A DNA stretch of 41,009 nt, taken from IMG/VR virus record IMGVR_UViG_3300024344_000001. One strand, 5' to 3'. Each line of letters starts with the position of its first letter. Positions within the stretch are counted from its first letter, which is position 1. Below the pieces are notes generated by a model. It saw only the letters and a list, made by a program, of their open reading frames with translations, had not been told where the DNA came from and did no database searches. This document shows, one piece after another, positions 14,906 to 25,509 of this stretch. Position numbers and translations under genes: made by a program. This DNA comes from a virus. Taxonomy: Duplodnaviria > Heunggongvirae > Uroviricota > Caudoviricetes.

Positions 14906-16025
14906 AGCAATCATTTTCGGCGTAACAGGACAGGACGGTAGCCACCTTGCAGATTTGTTAATCGAGAAAGGCTACGACGTGGTAGGAGTATCCAGACGGT
15001 GCTCAGTAGATAATACAGAAAGGATTAAGCATCTGGGTCGAATCGATAAATTCGATTTAATTCAGGGCGATATAACGGACGCTCATAGCGTTGGGCGTAT
15101 CTTTAAGGATCACGTTGATGTTGATGAAGTCTATAACCTTGCTGCCCAGTCTCATGTAGGGGTTTCGTTTAAGCAACCCGGATTAACTTGGGACATTACT
15201 GGTAAAGGGTGTTTGAACATTTTGCAGTGTATGGTTGACGAAGGGGTCAAAGGTAAGTTCTATCAGGCTAGTTCGAGTGAGATGTTCGGCTCCAACTATG
15301 ATACAAGGCCAGATTATCAAAATGAACGCCAGTACCTCAAGAAAGTTCGAAACAATGAACCACTACAACTAAAATACCAAGACGAAAATACAAAGTTCCT
15401 TCCACAATCGCCGTATGCCATAGCTAAGTGTGCTGCTCATTATATGACTAGCCTCTATAGGGATGCATACGGTATTCACGCCAGTTCTGGGATTTTATTC
15501 AACCATGAGGGTCCGAGACGTGGCGATAACTTTGTGACAAGGAAAATAACCAAGTGGATTGGAGAATATACCGCTTGGCGTAAGAAGAATTCTCAATATC
15601 CGATCCGAGGATGCAACCGTACTGACTCCATTATTGCTTACAAGTATAATAGTGATGATGTTAAGAGTACGTTTTCCAAGCTGCGTCTGGGTAATCTTGA
15701 AGCATTCCGAGACTGGGGGTACTCAGGAGATTATGTGGAAGCCATGTGGTTGATGTTACAGCAGGATAGGCCAGATGATTACGTCATTTGCACTGGTGAG
15801 ACTCATACCATTCGAGATTTCCTGGGCGTAGCGTTTGAAGTTGCGGGGATAGGTAGTTGGGAGAGTAATGTAATAATCGATCCAGAATTCTATAGACCAG
15901 CCGAGGTTGATTACCTTCGAGGGATAAATACAAAAGCAAGAGATAAGTTAGGATGGACACCTAGGCATTCGTTTACAGATCTGGTTAAACTCATGGTGGA
16001 ACATGATGTAAATGAAAATCTATAA
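14898..16025 (+). CDS. gmd: GDP-mannose 4,6-dehydratase
   Basis: GVTGQDGS, YNLAAQSHV..SF, YQASSSEMFG, SPYAIAK, GILFNHE, FVTRKIT, LGNL...RDWG, RPAEVD. Confidence 0.95.
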   Translation: MPKAIIFGVTGQDGSHLADLLIEKGYDVVGVSRRCSVDNTERIKHLGRIDKFDLIQGDITDAHSVGRIFKDHVDVDEVYNLAAQSHVGVSFKQPGLTWDITGKGCLNILQCMVDEGVKGKFYQASSSEMFGSNYDTRPDYQNERQYLKKVRNNEPLQLKYQDENTKFLPQSPYAIAKCAAHYMTSLYRDAYGIHASSGILFNHEGPRRGDNFVTRKITKWIGEYTAWRKKNSQYPIRGCNRTDSIIAYKYNSDDVKSTFSKLRLGNLEAFRDWGYSGDYVEAMWLMLQQDRPDDYVICTGETHTIRDFLGVAFEVAGIGSWESNVIIDPEFYRPAEVDYLRGINTKARDKLGWTPRHSFTDLVKLMVEHDVNENL

Positions 16026-16290
16026 GGTCTACATTGATATGATACTAGTTCTTGGGAGATTAAAGAAATTTTCTCTCGGGAGTTACAATTACACCAACCC
16101 TATCATATTTCAAACGGCGAGCGACCCAGATGATGCCTGTTTTCGGGCCTATACTGGGTTATCCGATCTCATAATGAGACAGCACGGTGGTGATCCATCG
16201 AAGTCAGTCAAGTTTACTAAGGACATTATGTATGATGTACGAGTAACTAAGATATCGTTAGCCAGCAACGAAAGTAAATTTGATGTCTAA
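16012..16290 (+). CDS. hypothetical protein
   Basis: ORF track; overlaps both neighbours. Confidence 0.65.
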   Translation: MKIYKVYIDMILVLGRLKKFSLGSYNYTNPIIFQTASDPDDACFRAYTGLSDLIMRQHGGDPSKSVKFTKDIMYDVRVTKISLASNESKFDV

Positions 16291-16558
16291 AAGAAACTAT
16301 GACGATCCGCTCTATGCAGAGTGGAGGAAAAGAGTGTTTACTAGGGATAAACGGAGATGCCAGATGCCTGGCTGTAAACGGAGAAAATCACTTAACGCTC
16401 ACCATATTCAAAGGTGGGCAGACCAACCATTTTTAAGATACGAACCTGATAATGGGATTACGCTATGCTGGGGTTGCCACAAGGAAGTGACTAACAACGA
16501 GCGAGCCTATGAGGGTCTATTTTTGGAGATCGCAATAAACAATGGCAAAAGCAACTAA
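16283..16558 (+). CDS. HNH endonuclease (packaging-associated type)
   Basis: WRKRVFTRD..RCQ..GC....LNAHHI......NGITLC..CH. Confidence 0.9.
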   Translation: MSKRNYDDPLYAEWRKRVFTRDKRRCQMPGCKRRKSLNAHHIQRWADQPFLRYEPDNGITLCWGCHKEVTNNERAYEGLFLEIAINNGKSN

Positions 16559-17060
16559 AGCCCCTGAATATACCATCATCAGAGATACCAGAGAACAACA
16601 AGGGTATCACTTCAAACCGTACAATCTATGTGTCGGTATGGAGGATCTGAAACTGGATACTGGTGATTATACCATCAAGGGACTAGAAGACAAGATCTGT
16701 GTTGAAAGAAAGGCGTCCGTTACTGAACTGGCCCTTAATCTTGGTCAAGACAAACACAGGTTTATGAACGAAATTCAGAGGATGAAACACTTCCCTCATC
16801 GTTATCTCGTACTTGAGTTTAGCATGGCGGATATATCTAAATTCCCTGAAGGGACCAAGGTGCGTAAGGATAGCCTACGTAAAGGGAGTAAGAACCCCCT
16901 AAAGATTACCGGTAAGTATATGCTGCGTTGTCTTATGGAGTTCGAGATTTTCGATGACATTAATGTTGTATTCTGTGGTGACAAGTACAACGGCTTCATG
17001 TACGTAAGTTCCCTCTTCAAGAGGGTTAACGAAAAGTACAGTATCGGGAGAGGACAATGA
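16542..17060 (+). CDS. ERCC4/XPF-domain nuclease
   Basis: IIRDTREQ, LDTGDY, VERK motifs. Confidence 0.85.
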   Translation: MAKATKAPEYTIIRDTREQQGYHFKPYNLCVGMEDLKLDTGDYTIKGLEDKICVERKASVTELALNLGQDKHRFMNEIQRMKHFPHRYLVLEFSMADISKFPEGTKVRKDSLRKGSKNPLKITGKYMLRCLMEFEIFDDINVVFCGDKYNGFMYVSSLFKRVNEKYSIGRGQ

Positions 17061-17701
17061 AACAACCTGGGATCATTCATGATCTACACGCGTATGGGTT
17101 AAATATAGAGGGTCGCGAGATCTTTCTTCACTCATACATCGAGAATACTGAGGAAGAACCTGGTATTGACTACAGATCGGCTGCGGTCTTTCTGAAGAAC
17201 ATTACCCTGTTAGACTCACTGACGGAGAAACCTATTACTGTCCATATGTTTACCATTGGTGGTATGTGGGAATCCGGTATGGCTATGTATGATGCTATTC
17301 GCAGTTGTAAGTCTTACGTAACAGTTTATGTTCACGGGCAGGCTTCCTCAATGAGTAGTATCGTATTACAGGCCGCAGACTTTAGGGTCATGATGCCCAA
17401 CTCGCACTATATGTGCCACTTCGGATCGACAGGCTTTGAGGGCCACTTCCTGAACTATCAAGCACTCTCAAAACAAGAGAGGTTGAATGGTAAGGTCATG
17501 ATCGATATTTACTCTGATAAGATGGTGAATTCACAGTTCTTCAATGATAAGCACCCCAGTGGGGACACCGTGAAGGCTCATAGTTTCATCAAAAGGAAGT
17601 TGAAAGACGGTGACTGGTATCTATCTCCAGAGGACGCCGTCTATTATGGATTTGCGGACTGTGTATGGGGAGATAGAAAATTCAAGACGGCTATGGTATG
17701 A
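17057..17701 (+). CDS. clpP: ClpP-like serine protease
   Basis: REIFL, TIGG....GMAMYDAI, GQASSMSSIVLQAAD, MPNSHYMCH, WYLSPEDAVYYGFAD. Confidence 0.85.
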   Translation: MKQPGIIHDLHAYGLNIEGREIFLHSYIENTEEEPGIDYRSAAVFLKNITLLDSLTEKPITVHMFTIGGMWESGMAMYDAIRSCKSYVTVYVHGQASSMSSIVLQAADFRVMMPNSHYMCHFGSTGFEGHFLNYQALSKQERLNGKVMIDIYSDKMVNSQFFNDKHPSGDTVKAHSFIKRKLKDGDWYLSPEDAVYYGFADCVWGDRKFKTAMV

Positions 17702-19707
17702 CATTAGAAACCACCCAACCAACCGATGAGCAACTAAGACAAATTAACGACGCATGGCTGGGGATAGATATTCCTGAGAGGGAAATCTTCAACCCCGCCG
17801 ATATGCTGAATCCCAGTGATGCTCAATTCCATCTTAAACTAACCTGGCTACTGACAAAGCCCGAATACTTTTCCTTTACCTGTAATGTAATCCTTGGCAT
17901 TAACATTCTACCTTCCCAGAGCCTGATGCTTGAGGAAATGTGGAATCGTAAGTTCCCAATGCTCATCGCGAGCCGTGGTTTTGGTAAGTCTTTCATCTTA
18001 TCAGTATATGCCATCCTGCGAGCATTGATTCTCCCTAAGAGGAAGGTAGTTATTGTAGGTGCCGCGTTCCGTCAGTCAAAAGTTCTATTTGACTACATGG
18101 AAACGCTGTGGAACAATTCGCCTATTCTACAGAGCCTGTGCGATAAGAACAGTGGTCCTCGCCGTAGTAATGACCAGCACGTACTAAGAATTAACGATTC
18201 TACTATTACCTGTCTACCTTTGGGTGACGGTAGTAAGATTCGTGGTCAACGTGCTAACGATATTATTGCGGACGAATTTGCGTCCATTCCTCGTGATATC
18301 TTTGAAACAGTTGTTGCTGGTTTCGGTGTTGTAACCGCTGACCCTATTGAGAATGTTCAGAGGCTTGCTGCTCTTAGGGCGGCTGCTGAGATGGGCATTG
18401 ATATGGAAGAAGACGAGAATGATATCTCCAGTAGTAAGGATAACCAGATTATCTTCTCTGGTACCGCCTACTACGACTTTAATCACTTCGCGGACTATTG
18501 GAAGAAGTGGTGTAAGATTATCAAGACTCGCGGTAACAAGAACCAGGTCCGAGAAATGTTTGGGGGCGATGATCCTCCAAAAGACTTTGACTGGGTGCAA
18601 TACTCTGTTATCCGTATTCCTTATGAGTTACTCCCTGAAGGCTTCATGGATGCCGCACAGGTAGCTCGTTCTAAGGCCACAGTACACGCCGGTATTTACA
18701 AAATGGAGTACGGGGCCGTATTCACTAGAGACTCTCAGGGCTTCTTTAAGCGAAGTCTGATTGAGGCTTGTGTAGCTAAAGATCCGAAAATCGAACCTCC
18801 TATCCTGGACTGGCAGGATAACCCTATTGTGTTCTCTGCGGGACTATTAGGTAGTCCAAAGAAAGAGTACATATTTGGAGTTGACCCCGCGTCTGAAGTG
18901 GATAATTTCTCCATTGTGGTTCTAGAGCTTAACCCGGATCACCGTCGCATTGTCTATAGCTGGACTATTACCCGTTCTGAACATAGGGCGAAAGTTAAGT
19001 TCGGTGAGACTAAGGAGACGGAATTCTACTCCTTCTGTGCAAGGAAGATCCGTGATCTAATGCGTAGATTCCCCTGCAAGCACATATCTATGGATGCTGG
19101 TGGTGGCGGTATCGCCGTAGAAGAAGCCTTACATGATAAAGACAAGATCATGGAGGGTGAGCTTCCTATCTGGCAGATTATCGAAGAGGACGTAGAGAAA
19201 GATACGGACGACTTCAAGGGTCTACATATTCTTGAGATGTGTCAGTTCTCCCAGTATGACTGGTTGCGTGATGCTAACCACGGTATGCGTAAGGACTTCG
19301 AAGATCAGATCCTAATCTTCCCGATGTTTGACTCTGTACTTATGGGTCTGGCTAATATTGAGGACGAGGTTAAGAACCGAACCTATGACACCCTGGAAGA
19401 GTGTGTTATGGAAATAGAGGAACTTAAGGACGAGTTAGCTATGATTGAGATTACTCAGACGCCGTCTGGTAGGGAAAGATGGGATACTCCAGAGGTGGTT
19501 GTTGCGGCAGGTAAGAAGGAACGTATTCGTAAGGACCGCTATTCCGCCCTAATGATGGCTAACAAAGCTGCGAGAGACCTGAATAAGTTGATTCCTTCCG
19601 TAGATGCCAACTATTATGGGGGTTTTGCTACCCTGGAAGAGATAAAAGATCCCACAGGTAAGCTTTTTGAGGGTCCAGACTGGTTTAATGTTGATGGGGT
19701 GTATTAG
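17698..19707 (+). CDS. terL: terminase large subunit
   Basis: Walker A ASRGFGKS, IRGQRA, Walker B IIADE, nuclease GVDPA and KDRYSA. Confidence 0.92.
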   Translation: MTLETTQPTDEQLRQINDAWLGIDIPEREIFNPADMLNPSDAQFHLKLTWLLTKPEYFSFTCNVILGINILPSQSLMLEEMWNRKFPMLIASRGFGKSFILSVYAILRALILPKRKVVIVGAAFRQSKVLFDYMETLWNNSPILQSLCDKNSGPRRSNDQHVLRINDSTITCLPLGDGSKIRGQRANDIIADEFASIPRDIFETVVAGFGVVTADPIENVQRLAALRAAAEMGIDMEEDENDISSSKDNQIIFSGTAYYDFNHFADYWKKWCKIIKTRGNKNQVREMFGGDDPPKDFDWVQYSVIRIPYELLPEGFMDAAQVARSKATVHAGIYKMEYGAVFTRDSQGFFKRSLIEACVAKDPKIEPPILDWQDNPIVFSAGLLGSPKKEYIFGVDPASEVDNFSIVVLELNPDHRRIVYSWTITRSEHRAKVKFGETKETEFYSFCARKIRDLMRRFPCKHISMDAGGGGIAVEEALHDKDKIMEGELPIWQIIEEDVEKDTDDFKGLHILEMCQFSQYDWLRDANHGMRKDFEDQILIFPMFDSVLMGLANIEDEVKNRTYDTLEECVMEIEELKDELAMIEITQTPSGRERWDTPEVVVAAGKKERIRKDRYSALMMANKAARDLNKLIPSVDANYYGGFATLEEIKDPTGKLFEGPDWFNVDGVY

Positions 19708-19772
19708 AAATTGTGTATAATAGGATAGATAAATGAATTGTTTGTCAAATCAATTAGAACGGGAATTGAATT

Positions 19773-20345
19773 GTGGATTACTGTAGAAGATGCAAGAGTG
19801 ACGTAACTGAGGCGTATCAGAACAAGACCTATAAATACTGTGGTGGAGATCTCTGTAGACAATCCATCAAGGAGTATGGGTATGACAAGTATGCTAATAG
19901 CGACCTTTTCCTTTTAACATCGTTTGATGACTGTGTGGATGGGTATTGGGATGGCTTTAAGGATATTCAACACTCTGGTAAGGTACTTATTTCAGACATT
20001 CTGAATAGGTTTTCTAAACTACAGTATGTAACAAGTTTTACTCATGATAATAGAGATAAAATTGAATCTGATAAGGTTCTATATATCATCTCTGATTGTA
20101 ATGATATTATTCTCAAAGTTGGATTGACAACTAGTCCTACAAGAAACTTTCGTAGATATTCTTGTTATGAAGATCAACCTTTAAGGTATGATATTTTCAT
20201 AGTGAATTCATATGAAGAGCAAGAGTTATATGAAAAGAAGATAAGAAACTATTTGGAATACCTAGGTCACTTTTTACCGAAAGATGATTCGGAAAAAAGA
20301 CTTGGATACATCAATAATACACTAGTAAATTCCCAGGAGAGATAA
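19773..20345 (+). CDS. hypothetical protein with GIY-YIG/T5orf172-like C-terminus
   Basis: LYIIS...LKVGLT.SP.R..R.Y...E...E pattern; looks AT-rich; inserted between terL and portal. Confidence 0.45.
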   Translation: MDYCRRCKSDVTEAYQNKTYKYCGGDLCRQSIKEYGYDKYANSDLFLLTSFDDCVDGYWDGFKDIQHSGKVLISDILNRFSKLQYVTSFTHDNRDKIESDKVLYIISDCNDIILKVGLTTSPTRNFRRYSCYEDQPLRYDIFIVNSYEEQELYEKKIRNYLEYLGHFLPKDDSEKRLGYINNTLVNSQER

Positions 20346-22451
20346 ATGGCAGAACAACCTCAAAGAAAGCCTGTTGAGCCTTCATATATTACCTGGCAGG
20401 GACAAACCCCGTCAGAAAGCGATCTAACTAAGTACGGAGAATGTATAGGAGAATACGGAGGTAGAGCGAGAGCTAACCATCGCGACTTCATAGATATCGA
20501 AGAACATAGATCAGTACGTACAAGCTACACCAGAGACGACTGGAACTACTTTAGGTGGGACGAATCCGTTCCGTCCAGAAAGAAGGCGTTGATTAAAACC
20601 TGTATGGAAGCATACAAGAAGGTTGGTATTGTACACAACGTTATTGACCTTATGGGCGATTTCGGATCTCAAGGGATCAGTATCGTACATGAGGATAAGT
20701 CCGTAGAGAAATTCCTGAAAGAGTGGTTCAGACGTGTCGGAGGAAAAGAGCGATCAGAGCGATTTCTTAATCATCTGTATCGAACTGGTAATGTGCTTAT
20801 TTATACTAGTGATGCAAAGGTTACTCCACAGGTAGTGAAGTATATCAGGTCTCGTGCTAAGAAGGGCGACATCATAGTTAAGCCACCAGAAGCTAATAAA
20901 TCCAAGATTCCGTGGAGATACAACTTCTTGAATCCCCTTACGATTAACATCAAGAAGGGCGATTACAAGATGTTTGTGGGCCGTAATAAGTTTACGCAGA
21001 AGATTCCGTCTACTTATGTTGATACATTCAAGAACGGCGATCCTGAGCAGGCTATGCTTATCAGCACACTCCCACTTAGTATGCAGCAGCAGATTAGGAA
21101 TGGCGACCGTGAAATTGACCTAGATACCTCTAAGTTAAGTGTTTTCCACTACAAGAAGGATGACTGGGAAGACTGGGCCGATCCTATGATTGAGTCCATC
21201 CTGGATGATATCTTGATGCTTGAGAAGATGCGTTTAGCGGACCTATCCGCACTTGATGGGGCTATCTCAAATATCCGATTATGGACCCTTGGTGACTTTG
21301 AACACAAGATTCTGCCTACTAAAGAGGGTGTGCAGAAACTCCGTAATATCCTTGCATCTAATGTTGGGGGCGGTGTTCTGGACCTTGTATGGGGACCAGA
21401 GCTTAAGTTCGAAGAATCAAACTCCCAAGTATACAAATTCCTTGGATCTGAGAAGTATAGTTCTGTACTTAATAGTATTTACGCTGGCCTTGGTGTGCCT
21501 CCTACACTAACCGGTATGGCCGGTAATGGCGGTGGATTTACTAACAACTTTATTTCTCTTAAGACTCTTGTAGAGAGATTACAGTACGGTAGAGATAGAT
21601 TAACTACATTCTGGAATAATGAACTTGAGAAAGTTCGTCGTGCTATGGGTTTTCGTAAGCCTGCATATATCACATTTGACCAGATGAACCTATCTGACGA
21701 CGCATCAGAAAAAGCACTTCTAATAGAACTTCTAGATAGAAATGTAGTTTCTGAGGAAACTGTACGTGAGAGATTCAAGGAAGTTTCTAAGGTTGAGCAG
21801 GTTAGAATCCAGCGTGAAGAGAAAATGCGTGATTCTGAGAAAATGCCACCAAAAGCTGGTCCTTTCCATCCACCAAGTCAGCTTGAAGATGAGTTGGAGA
21901 AGATGGATAAGCAGTTAGATCATGATTCTGAGGAACATGATAAGGACATTGAGGTTAAGAAGATCGATATCAAGAATCGTCCTAAGCCTACAACTGGTCC
22001 TGGTGGTGGTCCCGCTAAGAAGCCTGCTAAAAAGAATGGGCGTCCGTCCAATAAGAAAGATCAGGGTCCACGTAAAAAGAGAACGGAGAAGCCTCGCAGT
22101 AAGCCTGGGGTAGCTTCTACGATCTACTATGCGTTCGAGGCGTATGATAAAATCTCCAAAGCGGTGGGTTCTGCTTACATGGCATACTCAAACAAGAAGG
22201 ATATGCGTAAGCTTACCAAGGCTCAGATTAGGGAATTAGAGGATCTTAAACTAGATGTTCTAACCGACCTAGACATAAGCGGTGATGTGTCTACAGAAGA
22301 CATTAAGGCTAGCTTAATCTCTGGTAAAAAGACCCCTAGTAGTATTATTGAGAGATTGGAAGTAGAGGAAATCAACCTGGATCAGATGACCGCAGCAGAC
22401 TATAAAAAGGGTGTTGTTGCTATTGTACTAGAAATGCAGTACATGGACTGA
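20346..22451 (+). CDS. portal protein
   Basis: Position after terL, size, GIVHNVIDLMGDF and IYAGLGVPPTL portal-like segments. Confidence 0.85.
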   Translation: MAEQPQRKPVEPSYITWQGQTPSESDLTKYGECIGEYGGRARANHRDFIDIEEHRSVRTSYTRDDWNYFRWDESVPSRKKALIKTCMEAYKKVGIVHNVIDLMGDFGSQGISIVHEDKSVEKFLKEWFRRVGGKERSERFLNHLYRTGNVLIYTSDAKVTPQVVKYIRSRAKKGDIIVKPPEANKSKIPWRYNFLNPLTINIKKGDYKMFVGRNKFTQKIPSTYVDTFKNGDPEQAMLISTLPLSMQQQIRNGDREIDLDTSKLSVFHYKKDDWEDWADPMIESILDDILMLEKMRLADLSALDGAISNIRLWTLGDFEHKILPTKEGVQKLRNILASNVGGGVLDLVWGPELKFEESNSQVYKFLGSEKYSSVLNSIYAGLGVPPTLTGMAGNGGGFTNNFISLKTLVERLQYGRDRLTTFWNNELEKVRRAMGFRKPAYITFDQMNLSDDASEKALLIELLDRNVVSEETVRERFKEVSKVEQVRIQREEKMRDSEKMPPKAGPFHPPSQLEDELEKMDKQLDHDSEEHDKDIEVKKIDIKNRPKPTTGPGGGPAKKPAKKNGRPSNKKDQGPRKKRTEKPRSKPGVASTIYYAFEAYDKISKAVGSAYMAYSNKKDMRKLTKAQIRELEDLKLDVLTDLDISGDVSTEDIKASLISGKKTPSSIIERLEVEEINLDQMTAADYKKGVVAIVLEMQYMD

Positions 22452-22512
22452 AATCGGTTTTTTTTACACTTTTTCCAAAATTCGTGTATAATATGATACT
22501 GGAGACTAAATT

Positions 22513-23934
22513 ATGCAAGAAATCAAGATTTACCAAAGAGAAATCGTAGACGGTATTGCTGAGGCTGTTAGGTCTCAAGCATCTATCGCCTACTGTGCTC
22601 CAGCCGCTCTAGTAGAGGTTGATGAGAAAGAATCTTTGGTCGATAAGATTATCGCAGAGAATAAGGATCAGATGGATCTATATTATTTAGAGTCTATTCT
22701 TGTATCCACAAACTGGAATGCCAACGATGATGTATTTCTAGCAGGGCCTACATGGGCCGCTAGACATACTCCAGAAGACAAGCCTTTCAACTTTATGCAC
22801 GATGAAGATGATATCATCGGCCACATGACTGGTAGCTACATAGTTGATCGCAATGGAAACAGAGTTGAGGCCGACTCTGACAGCTCACACCCGGATGACT
22901 TCGATATAGTCACTCGGGTTGTTCTATATAAGAGTTGGGCCAATCCAGAAAACGCGGAAAGAATGGTACAGATTATTGCTGATCTCGAAGGAGATGAGGA
23001 AAAATGGTTTGTGTCAATGGAGTGTTTGTTTGCTGGTTTTGATTATGCGGTTATGGATAAGTCCGATAACCGATCTATCATTGCTAGGAATGAAGAGTCC
23101 GCTTTCTTAACTCGTCACCTTAAGTCTTATGGTGGCACAGGTGAGTACGATGGATTTAGAATTGGTCGTGCCCTGAAAAATATCGCCTTTTCCGGTCAAG
23201 GGTTGGTTAACAATCCCGCCAATAAAGGTTCCCGTATTTTAAGAAAAAATGCAAGTGTTGCATTTACTAGTAATTCTAACATTTCTATCGCGGAGAAAAC
23301 CATGAGTGACACCGTAACTAAAGAACAGTATGATGTTCTAAAGGTAGAGCTTACTGAAGCCAAGGATTCCCTAAAGGATGTTCAGGCTAAAATGGAAGCT
23401 GCAAAGGCAAAAGAAATTGCCGATCAGATCACTGCTCACGAAGCAGAGATTGCTGATAAAGATTCTACCATCGCTGACCTGACTGAAAAGGTTTCTACTC
23501 TAGAAACTGAAGCAACTGAAGCTAAGGATGCAGTTAAGACTGCTGAAGACGCTCTTGCTAAGTCTAAGGAAGAGGTGGAAGAAATGAAGAAGAAAGAAAA
23601 AGAAGAGAAGCGTAAGGCCGCTCTTGTAGAGGCTGGTGTTGAAGCCGATAAGGCTTCAGAGACCGTTTCTTCTCTTGATGCTCTCGATGATGACGCATTT
23701 GCGAGTATTGTTGAGCTATATGCAAGTAAGAAAGCAGAAGCATCTTCTGAAGAAGATGGGGATGCTGACGATACTAGCGACGATGATGATGCTGCGGCAG
23801 CAGACGCTCTAGAAGACACTGACACCGAAGAAGGTGCCCTAGCGGGTGACGACGGCGATGATGGTGACGAAACTAGAAAAGCTGTAGCTGAGTTCATCTT
23901 TGATGCTATGAATATCAAGACTGACTCTGAATAA
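22513..23934 (+). CDS. prohead protease / scaffolding fusion
   Basis: N-terminal NANDDVF, KPFNFMH, IIGH, VSMEC, FSGQGLVNNPA; C-terminal acidic coiled coil. Confidence 0.8.
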   Translation: MQEIKIYQREIVDGIAEAVRSQASIAYCAPAALVEVDEKESLVDKIIAENKDQMDLYYLESILVSTNWNANDDVFLAGPTWAARHTPEDKPFNFMHDEDDIIGHMTGSYIVDRNGNRVEADSDSSHPDDFDIVTRVVLYKSWANPENAERMVQIIADLEGDEEKWFVSMECLFAGFDYAVMDKSDNRSIIARNEESAFLTRHLKSYGGTGEYDGFRIGRALKNIAFSGQGLVNNPANKGSRILRKNASVAFTSNSNISIAEKTMSDTVTKEQYDVLKVELTEAKDSLKDVQAKMEAAKAKEIADQITAHEAEIADKDSTIADLTEKVSTLETEATEAKDAVKTAEDALAKSKEEVEEMKKKEKEEKRKAALVEAGVEADKASETVSSLDALDDDAFASIVELYASKKAEASSEEDGDADDTSDDDDAAAADALEDTDTEEGALAGDDGDDGDETRKAVAEFIFDAMNIKTDSE

Positions 23935-23958
23935 TCCCTTTTCTACAGGAGAAGCAAA

Positions 23959-24441
23959 ATGGCTCTTAAGAAAGACCGAAACGAAGAAATGACTGACATT
24001 AGTCACTTCTACAATGCAGGTACTGCTACCCGTGGTGGAGTAGTATGCCTTGACGCAGCACTAGCTTCTGGTTCCGCAATGGATCAGGCGGCTAACAAGG
24101 TGGCTTATACAGCCGCTGCTGCAACTAATGTTCCAGTAGGTATCCTACTGAACGATGTTGTTAACAAAGACCTTACTCGTACTCATCTTAACCAGTATAA
24201 GAATGAAGTACAAAAGGGTTCTAAGGTTACTGTCCTGACTCGTGGTTGGGTTGTGACTTCAAACATTACCGGTACTCCGTCTCCAGGCGATCCTGCCTAT
24301 GCTGACAGTGCAACCGCTGGTAACCTAGTCAACGTAGTAGATCCTGGTGCGTCCGGTGCTCTATATGTTGGTCGATTCATGAGTAACAAGGATGCAGACG
24401 GTTACGCTAAAGTTCAGGTTAACCTACCTAACTACGGCTAA
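23959..24441 (+). CDS. capsid decoration/cement protein
   Basis: Small beta-rich protein between scaffold and MCP. Confidence 0.65.
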   Translation: MALKKDRNEEMTDISHFYNAGTATRGGVVCLDAALASGSAMDQAANKVAYTAAAATNVPVGILLNDVVNKDLTRTHLNQYKNEVQKGSKVTVLTRGWVVTSNITGTPSPGDPAYADSATAGNLVNVVDPGASGALYVGRFMSNKDADGYAKVQVNLPNYG

Positions 24442-24478
24442 TCCACACCCTTGATTTTTAATAAACAGGAGATTAACA

Positions 24479-25483
24479 ATGGCTAAAAGACCGAGCAAAG
24501 CAGTTCTTGAATTGCTACAAAGAACCGGTGACGGCGATCCTCAGAAGGCTCTAGCCGCACAGACCGAGTTTGCTAAGGCTCTAGAGCTACCTCTTCGCAA
24601 AGGTGTTCTAACCGGAGATATTCTTGGTAATATTTTCGAAACCGTTGAGGTTGGTCCTCACGGTAATACTGTTGAGTACCCAGTTGACCTTCTTGCCCCA
24701 GGCACCGAAGGTGAGCACCGTGCTTACACTAATCCAGGCCACGGCTACATTCCTCAGCGTTCAGTTGAGAGTGACTTCGTGACCATTCCTACCTTCGGTA
24801 TTGCAGCATCCATTGACTGGTTGCTACGTTATGCCCGCGATGCACAGTGGAACGTTGTTGCTCGTGCTATGCAGGTTATGGAACAGGGTTTCACCCAGAA
24901 CGTTAACGACAATGGTTGGCACACCATTTTGGCTGCTGCTGTTGACCGTAACATTCTTGTATACGATGGTGACGCTACCGCTGGTCAGTTCACTAAGAGA
25001 CTTATCTCTCTTATGCAGACTGTAATGCGTAGAAATGCTGGTGGTAACACTGGCTCCGCAGGTCGTGGTCGTTTGACCACTCTGTATGTTTCACCAGAAG
25101 CACTTGAAGACATCCGTAACTGGGGTCTTGATCAGGTTGACGATGTAACTCGTAGAGAGATTTACAACGCCCCTGAAAATGGTGCTCCTATTACCCGCAT
25201 CTTTGGTGTGGATCTTGTAGACCTTGACGAACTTGGTGTAAGCCAGGTTTATCAGACTTACTTCACTGACGCTCTATCTGGTGCTCTACAGGCATCTGAC
25301 ACTGAGCTTGTAGTTGGTCTTGATCAGTCTGCAAATGACTCCTTCATCATGCCGGTTAAGCAGACTCTGGAAATCTTCCCAGATCCAGCACTGCACCGTC
25401 AGCAGAGAGAAGGTTTCTATGGTTGGGCGGAAATGGGATTCGCTGCTCTGGACAACAGACGTGTAATTCTAGGCTCCTTCTAA
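24479..25483 (+). CDS. major capsid protein (HK97 fold)
   Basis: 334 aa, canonical position, biased codon use, followed by a terminator. Confidence 0.85.
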   Translation: MAKRPSKAVLELLQRTGDGDPQKALAAQTEFAKALELPLRKGVLTGDILGNIFETVEVGPHGNTVEYPVDLLAPGTEGEHRAYTNPGHGYIPQRSVESDFVTIPTFGIAASIDWLLRYARDAQWNVVARAMQVMEQGFTQNVNDNGWHTILAAAVDRNILVYDGDATAGQFTKRLISLMQTVMRRNAGGNTGSAGRGRLTTLYVSPEALEDIRNWGLDQVDDVTRREIYNAPENGAPITRIFGVDLVDLDELGVSQVYQTYFTDALSGALQASDTELVVGLDQSANDSFIMPVKQTLEIFPDPALHRQQREGFYGWAEMGFAALDNRRVILGSF

Positions 25484-25509
25484 GCCTGTAGTACAGTTCT
25501 AATCAAAAT

